A DNA stretch of 56,663 bases, counting the filler, from Sphacelaria rigidula (taxonomy: Eukaryota), in NCBI GenBank assembly GCA_964200075.2. It is 6 parts of 6 records of this genome, joined end to end, with 100 filler letters (N's around TTAATTAATTAA, not from the genome) between each part and the next. Parts side by side here need not be neighbours in the genome. Positions count along the whole stretch, not along the records: positions 9,463 to 18,823 come from CAXNAA020008676.1; positions 18,924 to 28,284 come from CAXNAA020008677.1; 4 more parts are not named here. The stretch is one strand, 5' to 3'. Of this stretch, positions 12,601-23,800 are shown one piece after another. Below the pieces are notes generated by a model. That model was not told the DNA's origin, made no database searches, and saw only the letters and a list, made by a program, of their open reading frames with translations. Within the stretch, counting starts at the first letter, position 1; each line of letters opens with the position of its first letter. Made by a program: the position numbers and the translations under genes.

Positions 12601-14500
12601 AAGTTGCAACCCCCATTTTGTCCAACATCTAGTCGATCTTAGGAATTGGCAAAACAGGAATTACCGTCGCTTCATGAAGCTTTTTGTAGTTGCATGTCAA
12701 GCGAATGCCACCATCCTTTATGCTTACTCCCAAAAGGGCACCACTCAATTTGAATAAGGCTTTGGATGAGGCTGGCAGCTAACATTCGATCCAGCTCGAT
12801 TTGAACTTTTTTTCTGCAACGCGGGGTTGTTGCGATATGGTTATTGCTTTATTGGCCTACTTCCGGGCTTTGGCTTGATTTTACAAGGATCCACGGTGCA
12901 ATTTGCAATGCCCATCTTATTCTTGGAGAATCGGTGGGAGTGTTTGCATAGCACATCAGCCAGCCTTTCAATATTTCTACAATCCAATATTCCTTCTAGA
13001 TAGAACTGAATACTACAAAGATGGGTTGGTAGGCGTGCCCACTACCGCTTGAACGCCACCCTCTGAGCACCATCAAGATGCTTTATCATCTCTTCGGAAG
13101 CATCCGACGAATCTTGTAGCACCGAATACATTTCCGGTGAGGGCAGGTCGTGAACTTTCGAAATTTGTGCCTGCTCGAGCTCAGGTTTCTCGAGAGGGCC
13201 CCTTGCCTTGCCCATAACCACCCCCGGTTCCATCACCACGGCTTCCGAGCTGTACCCTGAGAGCGGGATTTCCGATTCGCCTGAGTCGACAATGATTTCG
13301 GTCAGCGACCAACCTTTTTCAAACCTGACGTAGTAGCCAACGCGTTCGGCCTCGGTACCGCCAGCCTTGACAGGTTTAACGGGCAACCATGAAGGTTCAT
13401 TGGATCGAACCCGCGACTGTTTGCAATTGAAAACATTCCAACATTTTCCCCACCTACACATTCTCGCTCAATGAGTCCGATCGCGTTCTTGAGGGCCTTT
13501 CCGTACGGATCCAGGTTCGGGGTGAAACTCAAGGCCAAAATTGTTTGAGTGTTGGGGACGTCCGTGAATTTCTGCGAGGGAAATTAGGATATACCGTCTC
13601 TACTCATCCAAATATCGAACGACATGGAGTCGTCGCGCACAACGTTGGCATCTACAGCAAGGCAGAGAGTAGCACCAGGTTGGCGACTCTCATGCACACC
13701 CGTTTGTAAAAATAATGTTCAACCTGATTTGCGAGGACGTGGTCGAAGACACCCCATTGAATCTTCACCATGAAATTAGATCAACTTTTCTCCAACTATT
13801 TAGGGTGGCAGCATTTCGGGACAGCATCTACCTCCACACGCTATGTGTCACAAATGTGCAGGCTAGCGTTTGCTTGACTTTTGGCCTGGCAAGCACACGC
13901 GCTATTTGGTGTCATTCTTACGATGCAAACGCCCTTCACCCGGCACTGTGGTTTCTACTTCCTTTAGATACGACCCCCTTCTCCCCCGAGCGACCTACGG
14001 GGTTATCGTCGTGGAGAGTTTACGGGTGCCGTCGTATGATTGGGAGCACGATTGTCAGTAATGGGGTTCAAAGCATATAAATGCCCGTCGCCCAGACAAT
14101 GTCGCAATTGATTGAGCGTTCTGCAAGGATAATGGAGGAAGAGGGTATATCAAATGGAGGAAAACCGTCACACGGTGTACTCGACAGCTCAGGGGGATGT
14201 TACATTAACAGACGTTCCTAACTTTCCCCTGTCACGAGGAAACGTGCTGCCCTGTTCTCGGACTGCCTGCAACGCTCCACCTCATGTAGTTTGTGAAAGA
14301 TCACCGCGTACGCGACGCGTTTCGTGTGGCTTGTTTGGTGCACCGGATAAACTAACACGAGGCTGATGATAGTCAGCTCGATGCGTTTCCGGTCCAATGG
14401 TCGGGTCATTATGAAACAATAACCCACAGCAGAAATTCTTGATCCTACCATCCTGAATAACTACTAGTAGGGGATCCTTGCTAGAAAGCGAAGCCATTGC
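9700..14500 (-). pseudogene. pol: Gypsy pol fragments (PR?, RT, RNase H, integrase)
   Basis: RNase H ATDAS and NWTTTEMEMAAVIW..FEVYTDHQPL..QRW; GRYNSNADMLSRLP; integrase DRGPEFTS..QNGMVERVN; RT remnants (decayed YIDG near 12390); many stops. Confidence 0.88.
10219..10410. repeat. 96-bp tandem duplication inside gypsy pol
   Basis: Two copies (10219, 10315) differing by one base. Confidence 0.95.
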
Positions 14501-15129
14501 GTCGGGCCTGTCCTGCGCCCCGTGGACGGTGGTCAATGAGTTACGTTTACCATGACTAAACGTCCAAGCATGCAGCTTTCCATAATTAAGGTCGCTGCTT
14601 ACAACGAAAAAAAGTCCGGGAGCTGCCTTGCCTCTTAACCTCGTTCCGGTGGCTAAAGAGCACTCCATCATCGTTTACAGCGCCTGACACGGAGGTCTAT
14701 GCTAAAAGCAAAAAACGGTTCTTCGACTTCTCCAGACGTCATATGGAATGATGAGGTCCACCCGTATATGACATTTCAAATATTGTTTTTACATAAACCA
14801 CATAACATAGGTGAATCGCACCTGACCTCTAAATCAGAATCTGTCCCGTGACAAACCGAGTCGGTCGTATACTGGTACCTCTCGCGTTCGAACTCCTCAC
14901 CATACCATGTACGGACTTGCACGTTTGAAAACAAAATGACAATGTAGAACTTGGTATATCGTTCGTGACACCCTCTTTTTGACTCTCACCGCGAGGCTCG
15001 TGTTCTACAAATACGTCGGCCACGACCGTATCGACGCCCCGTCAATGGCGCTTGCGCTCCGAAACGTATCAACGTAACCGCTTATGCCACCAGCGCCAAT
15101 GCGTCATGATTTCCTACTCCGAGTGGTGC

Positions 15130-17360
15130 CCAGTGGCACGGTGGGTGAGACCTGACACATTTCTGAAAGGGTCCGGGTAATCACGAGCTAGCGTGTGATT
15201 TCAGCTATCATAGTTTAAACAAGTAGGACAAAACTACTTCCGAATTTCTAGCCTTTCTTTGTTCCTACCAAAGGACGTTTAAAACGGAGGGTCATTTTGC
15301 GGATCAAGATCCCGCGTACTGCCCTTCGTTTCTCCGATCGCGTAGACATCTCGATACTCATCTCTCCCTCATCTAAATCGTTGTTGTTACTCACAATCAT
15401 AATCCGACCAAAATACTGACTGTTAAGGCGGTGCGCGGAACCTCTGTTTCCGGCAATTACATGGCGTTTAGGTTCAACGGTTCCCGACTGATTTGATGCG
15501 AACATGCTCAAGGCCGGCAACATGTGGACCATGTTCTCGAGTGGCGTTAGACAATCATAGCGCTGCGCAAATAATATCGCGCTATTTCCGGGGTACGTAC
15601 TGGTCATTAATACAAGCTTTGACAGCAGCTTGGACGGCCGGATCGCCTGGCGTCGCATAGCGTACAATACTACGAATATTTGACACCAGCGATTTGATTT
15701 TGGAAAGAAATACCAGAAACGGAGTACCCATATCCACCGTACATTGCGAAAAGAGACCCATGACTCCCTTAGGAGTCACGTTGCTCAAAACAAGACTTAT
15801 CATGATTAGGAAATGATCGAAAGCCTCGGGTGCGGTCTTCCTGACTTCCTCCTGCAACCGAATAGCCCGTTCTGTAGCGCCGTCTACGTACCACTGGTGC
15901 CTATGAAACAGGGCGAGTGGCATGAAGCAAGTATCGTTGGAGATATATCTAAACCGCGCGTCCAATGAATGGGGTCGGTGTCACCGGCAATCACACAAAT
16001 GCTTTTTACCGCGTCTTTCATGACCTTGCAAACGGCCACGAGTTCCCCGATCTCATGGTCGTGAGTAAGTGGGAGGGGTGGAAATTCGGGTAGCAACTCA
16101 GTGCTGAGCTTCGTACGGTGACGTGACTCCCGGAGCGCCGTGACAACATGGGTCCACCCGCGTGTGCACGGTCTCCTGGACTGCCTGCGGCAACATCCAC
16201 AGAACCAGCCTGGTACGTGGCCGATGTAAATTCAAGAGAGGGGGACAAATCTGAATCCACTTCACTACAGACTACGGGCATATCGACAGGCGCCGATTCA
16301 CTCGGCGGAACTTCGACATACCTGCCAGAAGGGCCGTCGCGATGCCGCGTGCACCACTACGCCCACTACGCGAGTGACTATGGCGCCCGTTACCACGACC
16401 ACCCTTGTGCCGGACCGGCCCATCGGAGGGATGGTCATCCTCCGTGCCCTCCTGATCACTGGCGGTACGCTGAAACTCCCTTTCCCTGAGGGATCAGGTC
16501 GAGCTGGTACGAAACCCACCTATCAAGCGTCCAACTCGTCACGCAGGAGTTTGAACAAAGAGGGACGTCCACAAGTTAGTCCGACGTGGAAACATCCGGT
16601 AGGTACGTGCACAGCATTTTATCGTATTCCTCCGGCCTGTGGTCAGGGGAGGCCGAGGCGCTCGACGACGGTCCCACCAAACTTGGGTGTTGCCCATCCA
16701 AAACCGGCCCCATGGAGACGCTGACGTCGTGGTGGCGGACGGCCGAGCTTGACCCAACGTCACACTGCTCGTAGGAGGGACGTTGGTGTTGCTCCAACGC
16801 AGAGGGAGGCAGCGGGGGTAGGTTGCACCCGTGCGGCCAGACCGAATTCCCCAGTGGTCGATTCCCACTGTTTGCGGGCGACGATCAAGAATGCCTCCTT
16901 GCCAGAAAGCGCCCGCTTCAAGCAGAGTACAGACTCCTTTGCCTTGGCGAGCGATGCAAGGATCTCGTCCCCATTCCGTTTTGAGGCAGAGAGCAGCTCA
17001 CTGCCTCCTGTGTTGGCGAGCCTCCTGAGTCCCTTCACCAGCGGTGGTCGGCTGGGGAACAGACGTCACTCTAAGCGCATTGATCCCCGTACCGTTAGGG
17101 GTGTCGGCTGCGCGACCCTCCACGCCAGATTTGCCGAGCTGGAAACAATAGTTGTCATCTGCCACACGAGTCATTTCACGCGATATGGGAGGGGTAGGCG
17201 CGGAAATCGTCTTACGCTGGCGTCGCGTACGCAACGTGTCCACACCAGCGCTGTCGCGCCGACAGTCGAACCTCCACTAGCCGGAGCACCACGACCGTCC
17301 AGCGTGGGGTCCTTGCGTAGTGGTGGAACACTCATCTTGACAGTAGTTTCGGGGATCACT
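15130..17360 (-). pseudogene. gag: Gypsy gag region, fragmented
   Basis: Coding-like fragments (DPAVQAAVKACINDQY) and a decayed zinc knuckle (CLN...H..RD.PDPF near 15170-15230) upstream of pol; the 5' boundary is approximate. Confidence 0.55.
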
Positions 17361-18013
17361 TGACGTTTGGCCGGATCTGACTTGGGAAGAGAGTACTTGT
17401 TTGCAACTTTCCTACTCTCCCTCTCGGAAAAAACGGCAGCATCGACAGCCTGAGTCAGGACCGGGACAATATCCGCAAAACGACCGCGCAGTTTGCAAAC
17501 GGGGTCATCACTACCGGACTAATGCGAAGGCGAGTCATGCGAAGCCAGATCCATGCGCGCGGGATCATGAATAGGCGAGGTGGAACCACGTTCACCGATC
17601 AATCCAGGGCTCAATGCACCTGTATCAAGTACTGCTTCGTCAACACCAACAGGCAGTCACTTGTCTACACCGTACACATGGACTTCAACCTCGGTATGGC
17701 TCGGGACTTGATCAGACACCGGGGGAGCCCCCGCGGACATGTCTGATGGTGAGTCACCCGTGAGCCCCGACAAATCGCGTTTCGACAGGACAGCGTCCGA
17801 CGGTCTACCAGGGGGTGGGGGGCTAGCGGATCTATCCTGAGTCTGGAATCATATCCGCAAAAAATACCAGCAGCAGGCTGATCAGCAGAATTACCCTGAC
17901 CCTAACCCCAATCCTATTGTTTTTGTCACATACAGAATGCGATGTACCTAACCCGAGATGGACGAATCGCAGAACCAGACCCGAACAGCAGAGCTGAACA
18001 GATCCAAGCGCAG

Positions 18014-18025
18014 AAGTCGGTGCCA
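18014..18025 (-). promoter_or_regulatory. Putative gypsy PBS (TGGCACCGACTT)
   Basis: TGG-initiated, 2 nt after the LTR ...GTGTCA end; cognate tRNA not determined. Confidence 0.55.
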
Positions 18026-18027
18026 CC

Positions 18028-18461
18028 TGACACGACCCTAACTGGTCTCGGGTGTTCCTGTAGGTTCAGTGCCTGGGTGCTCGGCAGACAAAGTCGACTT
18101 GGTCGTGGTTGGTGCGTTGGAGGGGTCCCATAAAAGGTTTGAGAATAAAACGGTTGTTTTTAGTAGTGGTGTTCATTAACACGTTCTATGGTACAAACAA
18201 TAGAAATAAGCTGTTGCTGGTCAGTGGAAGGCTGAATGACGGGGGCGTGGGCGTGTGCCGCGTAGTCCATTCAGTTTCCCATCCGGCCTGGCATCCTACC
18301 TCTATGATTATATGCGCTTCTCAACTGGCTATATCTCTCAGTCCCCCATGATTTCTTTTTTACAGCTATTCTACATATTGTTGTCCTATCTTCTATCTAC
18401 GTATCATATTTTGTACATACCGGTGATGTCTTGTCCAGGTTTTTTCTCAATAAATTCCACA
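18028..18461 (-). repeat. Putative gypsy 5' LTR (TGTGGAAT...GTGTCA, 434 bp)
   Basis: TG...CA termini; no second LTR in the contig to confirm the outer boundary. Confidence 0.55.
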
Positions 18462-18479
18462 GGCACCGTAGGTAAGGTA

Positions 18480-18823
18480 GGTACCCGGTGCCGGTATTTG
18501 AGACATCTCATTCCCTGCCGATACCGACCCAATCCAGTATTTGGAGATCTCATACCTGCGATACATGCGATACCAGGGTATTTGGAGATTTCAATACCTG
18601 CTGTACCCGCCCAATCCGGTATTTTGAAATCGCATACCTACGATACCTGCGATACCAGAGTTTTTCGAGATTTCACGACCTACCGTACCCGCCCAATCCG
18701 GTATTTTGATATCTCATACCTACGATACCTGCGGTACTAGGGTATTTCGAGATTTCAATACCTATCGTACCCGCCCAATCCGGTATTTTGAAATCGCATA
18801 CCTACGATACCTACGATACCAGG
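18480..18823. repeat. 82-bp tandem repeat (two ~41-bp GGTAT...ATACC subunits), about 4 copies
   Basis: cccaatccggtattttga recurs at about 18526, 18608, 18690 and 18772; resembles DNA-transposon subterminal repeats. Confidence 0.85.
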
Positions 18824-18923
18824 NNNNNNNNNNNNNNNNNNNNNNNNNNNNNNNNNNNNNNNNNNNNTTAATTAATTAANNNNNNNNNNNNNNNNNNNNN
18901 NNNNNNNNNNNNNNNNNNNNNNN
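18824..18923. other. Artificial contig linker
   Basis: Same N44-TTAATTAATTAA-N44 cassette. Confidence 0.97.
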
Positions 18924-21576
18924 ACGGCATGTATGATCATGAGTACACCCCCCCCCCTCCCCCCACTGCTTCCTCCTGTTCCCTCCCGCTGTGCAGGAAA
19001 TTCTGAATCAACAACCACCCTGCTGGGATAAGCTGCTTGCGGTCAACGACAATGTCTTACAATAAAGGAAACAACTGCTCAAGTCAGTTGCCATTTGCTC
19101 GCCTCTCCATCAACCCATCGCCGACACTCCTCAGCGGTAACGGCAGCACCAACGATCACAATCACTGCGATAGCCATCATGATGCTGATGGTGGTGGTGA
19201 TTGTGGCCAAAATAGCCACTATGATGACGATAAGGAAGAGGGGGGGGATGATCAACAACACCAAAGGGCAAGAGTCCCAGAGGAAGAACGACTTGTACTG
19301 GACGCCCTTTGCTTGGTCATCCTAGCCGGACGGGCACGGTGGAGCACGAACCGGCGATGGACGGAAACCGTGAAGGATCTGCAGCTTGCGATTTTCGAAA
19401 AATGCGCCGAATGCCGACGGATTGTGCCTTTCATCGTCACATTCATGAACCATGCTCCAGAGGAATTGTGGGATGCAGACCGCGAGAAGGCGGCCGAAGG
19501 CAGCAACGGCGCCACCGGCGGTGGTGGTCATGGCCGGGGGGTGGGATTGGAAGAAGGAGTGCGTGGGTCGCAGGGGCGCGGTTCAACGAAGCAAGTGGAA
19601 TCACGATGACGTGTTCCGACCGTGCGCGTGACGACACTGCGATGGGCCTGCGATAGGGATATAGGACCCTCGTCGCAACAGGGGGATGCGGCGACCTCGA
19701 CGGGGGAACAGCGACACTTGTCCGTGCTGCAACATCATGACCTAGAGCACTTGAAGATTTACCGCGAACTCAGCCGAGGGCTTGACGGCCTGCGTTTTAT
19801 GTTGCCGCCGCGGATGAAGCGAGTGGAGCTGACGGGGAACTTCAGCTGCAGTATCGATGGCGTTGAGTGACCCGCGACTCTGGACACGCTGTGTATTGGC
19901 GGATGTTTCCGCTGGAGTGGGAAGGGGACGACCTGGCCCTCGGGTCTTCGGAAGTTGGTCTTGGAGGGGTCTTTATCTCTTTTGCACTCTGAACCTCCCC
20001 TAAACCAGAACATGTTTTTCCCTTCGCTGGAGCGTGTGCCATATATATATCGAACCTTCGATGGTTCTCTAACCCAATCTCTCGATGAAGTATGTCGCAA
20101 AGATGATCAGGGTAGTGGGGTCTTGTGCCCAGGATATTCAGGCTTTCACGGTGGACGCGAGGGGCGGCAAGGAGAGGACCGGGGCGGTCATATATAATCG
20201 TCTACGATTACTTACTCCAGAATGCCTACAATGTTGGCCGCTACTTTGAAATACTATTTTCCAAGTAGTCCAGGCGGTACGTGTGGCAGTGATAAAATCA
20301 AGGCTTTGTGCCGTTACAGCCTTTACCGAAGTATTTCCCCCCCCTATAGATGATTTCAACCATGCACCAGGTTGTCCTGTGTCGCTCTGGCACAACAGCA
20401 ACCCGTCCGTGTTTTTGAAATTGGCAGACGCGACCTAGGGGGAACATTCTCCGTTGACGAGGGCGATTTACGTAGTGCGTGAATACTGGCGGAGCGGAGT
20501 TTTGACACCACGAAAGGAAGCGGACCAAAGATGCATGCACTCGCGAAACAATTCGCGTAGCGAAATCTCCCTCGCACATTTCCTCGTCTAACTCACAAAC
20601 GCCTTGTCGACCGATAACCGATTCATTAACATACCTACCGCACCTAGTGCGGTGGCCACCAGGTCTCGAGGAACTTGTTGCGGGCGAATGGTTTGATGAA
20701 GAGCTAACTGACATGGTGTGGCCTGAAAGCCTGGTGACTCTCAAGTTCGTGCGGTGCTCCAGGTTTCTCCTCGATGGATGCACTTTCCCGCCGGGTCTCA
20801 GGCATCTCACCATAGGCAGGGGGTTCAGCAGGTCTCTCGTCGCAAGGATAAAGTGGCCTGTGGGCCTCCAAGAGCTCGTGTTTCAGGGTGCATTCAATCA
20901 AAATATCGGCGGGTTCGTTGTGCCCCCGGCACTGAAACGCCTAGTTTTCGGAACATATTTCAACGGCTCCGTCGAGTCAGCCAGGTGAGTCCTTCAAAGG
21001 GAGGGGAAAAGAGGTACGCATGACATGCAGAACCCCCATGGTGTATCGACCGTTGATCTCGCGCCCCTCAATTGCTGAGATGGTAGTACACGTGTTTCTC
21101 TTGCTGGCCGGGCTGCCTACCTCTCTTAAATTGCTGAGAGGGCAGTATACGTGTTTCTTTTCCTGGCCGGGCTGCCTAGCGCTAGGATGTCGCCTCATCT
21201 ACCGGGCATCGTTCTTGCGTTGCTACCTGCACCAGACCGATGTTGTCGAAGGTATGTATTGGGCAAGGGCGACCGGGTGAAGCAAAGTGCATAAGCTCAA
21301 GAGTGGGCAGAGTACAACATGTGCGGTTGAATGGAACTTCTTGCACGGGTATATACAATGCTCTAGCATGCCGAGTATGACTTTGAAACGCCGAACCCTA
21401 CTGGCAAACCAATGCTTACTACGTGAAGGTACGCCGACGCATGTACCAGAGGCGTGAGGGTAATTCAGGGCTATCCCCGACGGCGGGTGCACGAAAGCAA
21501 AGTAGTGGTTTGAATCCGGAGAATGACGCCGCGATCGCTGCCCCCCGTCCACCCCACTATAAGTCTACCCCTATTA

Positions 21577-22160
21577 GCCTAGTCCGGCGAAAGCCCGGCG
21601 TGCTCCGTCCCGGTCTTGTAGGGGCGGATCCCCCTATGGGATTGGCGTCGGTTGGCGAGGGCGCTGTAAAACACACCTCTCACCGCGTAAGCTAGGCAAC
21701 CAAGTTACAGACTTTTTTTGCGCGCTTGCGTTTGTTTTGCGGTAACCATTATCGTAATCGAGGTAGATCATGTTGTTCGGGGTGGGGAAACCTCAACTCC
21801 GCGCAGAGGGGATGGTCGTATTACGTGATATTTGGGTGGTGAGACGCTCATGAGACCGTGTATAACTCGTGGCTGTCTCTGGAAGTGGCGATACCACAGA
21901 ATAAAGCAACTCATTGTTGGCAGTCATCCACATGCAAGCTAATCAGTATACGCTTTGGGCCGAACAATCTTGGCAGGATGCAGCTCACCCTTCATGCGAC
22001 TTGCCGAACACACCACGGCGCTTCGCGTTCGGTGATTGATTGCGAGCCTGGTTCGGGGAAAATCGGGCGTGCTCCGTCCCGACGTTGTAGCGATGCGAGA
22101 CCAATGGCCATATGACTATGGCATGCAAGATCATGAGTACACCCCCCTCGTCCACCCCGC
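21577..22160. mobile_element. Dispersed ~580-bp C-tailed repeat, copy 1
   Basis: Homologous to 23083-23665 and 50115-50615; ~50-bp direct repeat gcctggtccggcgaaa... at both ends, then ...gatcatgagtac-poly(C). Confidence 0.85.
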
Positions 22161-23002
22161 TACCCCTTCCCCTAACATCGACGACTCAGGTGGCCGTGCA
22201 CACTCAAACAGCTGGAGTTCGGGAAACGGTTCAACTGGCCCATCCGTGAATGCGTTTTCCCGGATGGGTTGGAGCAGTTGATGTTCGACAACTATTTCGA
22301 CCGAGATATCGATCATGTGGCGCACTGGCCGTTGGGTCTCAAGACTCTGCGCATTGAGAAACGATTCGGCAAGGATCTATCAACGGTTTCTTGGCCTTCA
22401 GGACTTGAAGAAATCATGATCGGAACTGCCCCAGACAGTGTTCTCGACAGGCCGATTGAAAGTGTTCAGTGGCCCGCAGGGCTCAAGACTTTGATCATTC
22501 TAGGAAACTACAACCATCCGGTGGAGGCCGTGGAGTGACCGGAAGGCTTGCAGAGTATCGAATTCGGGCGGCTGGTCAACTAGCCCATCGAGGGAGAAGC
22601 ATGGCCACCGAGAATGAAAAGCCTCAGGTTAGTTCGTCTTGGAGACAATAGGGGGACCACGCGTGCAGATTGTTTCGAGGGGGGTGCAGAGTAGGTTCAA
22701 GTGCTGTGCCAAAGGACAGCGCACACTGTGTGCATGGCCAGAACGTAACTCGATATATGTTTTTGTCCGTCATACTTTCAACCCTAACTGACCCCTCTCC
22801 CTCCAACCCAATGGTGTGAGCTGGACCGCTGGACCATCGGGGCGGGACGACAGTAGGAATTTGGGTGTTGCAAATGAGCGAGGGCGCTTAGCCCTTGTGT
22901 GACTTTGTGTACTTGGCGAAAGCTTGCACTTCCAAGAATATAGAATCTTTGATTCGAGTTGCGACTCCTCTCGTATGCCTTCCCTCCTCCCACCCGCCAT
23001 GC

Positions 23003-23800
23003 TCCGTCTCGAAAGGGATGCGTGGTCAATGGTCAAATGACTAAGGCAAGCAACAAATGAGTACGCCCCCCCCCCACCCGCCAGCCTGGCTCGACGAAAC
23101 CCAACGTGCCCCGTCCCGGCTTTGTAGGGACGGACCCCCTTTGGGGTTGGCGTCAGTTGGCAATGACGCTGTACAACACGCCACTCATGGCGTAAGCCGG
23201 GCAACCAGGTTACTGTTTTGTTATGCGCTTGCGTTTTTTGTGCGGTGAGCATGATGGTGGTCGAGCTAGAACATATTGTGCGTGGTGGAACAACCTCAAT
23301 ACCGCGCAAAGGGGATGATCGTACTGCGTAGTGTTCAAATGGCGAGACACTCATGAGGCAGTGTGTAATCGTGGCTGTCTCTGGAAGTGGCGGTATCAGA
23401 GAATGAAGCAACTCGTCGAAGGCTGTCATCCAAATGCGAGATAAATAGTACGCTCCGGGCCGAACGATCCTAGCAGGATGAAACTCACCCTTCATGGGAC
23501 TCGCCAAACACATCATGGCGCTTCGCGCTCGGCAACTGCTTGCGAGCCTGGTCCGGCGAAAACCCGGCGTGCTACGTCCCGGCTTTGCAGGGATGCGAGG
23601 TCACAGGTCTTATGACTACGGCATGCAAGATCATAAATACGCCCCCCCCCCCCCCCCCCTCCCCGCACGGGTTGTTATACGGTGTAGACTTACTGCAAAG
23701 AGTAACGCAGAAAGTGAAAGGAGGGGGNNNNNNNNNNCACAGGTCTTATGACTACGGCATGCAAGATCATAAATACGCCCCCCCCCGCCCCCCCTTCCCT
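23003..23800. mobile_element. C-tailed repeat copy 2, preceded by an extra tail module; tail duplicated across a 10-N gap
   Basis: Same core as copy 1; tail module also at 23003-23080 and 23738-23800. Confidence 0.85.

Larger units (their letters stand above)
9463..18461 (-). mobile_element. Ty3/gypsy LTR retrotransposon, highly degenerate, 3' end missing
   Basis: Minus-strand order gag-(PR)-RT-RNaseH-IN; LTR and PBS near 18014-18461. Confidence 0.9.

Noticed and set aside
18480-18823. CRISPR-like array (also considered for 55570-55945)
   Set aside because: Units are contiguous tandem repeats without unique spacers; eukaryotic context and no cas genes.
19868-22583. Stop-codon reassignment (TGA at two conserved Trp positions, TAG at a Gln position)
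   Set aside because: All are single transitions, most Trp codons in the gene are TGG, and the gene also has frameshifts, so pseudogenisation is the simpler reading.
23661-23800. Biological tandem duplication of the repeat tail
   Set aside because: The identical copy flanks a 10-N gap after a poly(C) run, so it is likely a scaffolding overlap artefact.
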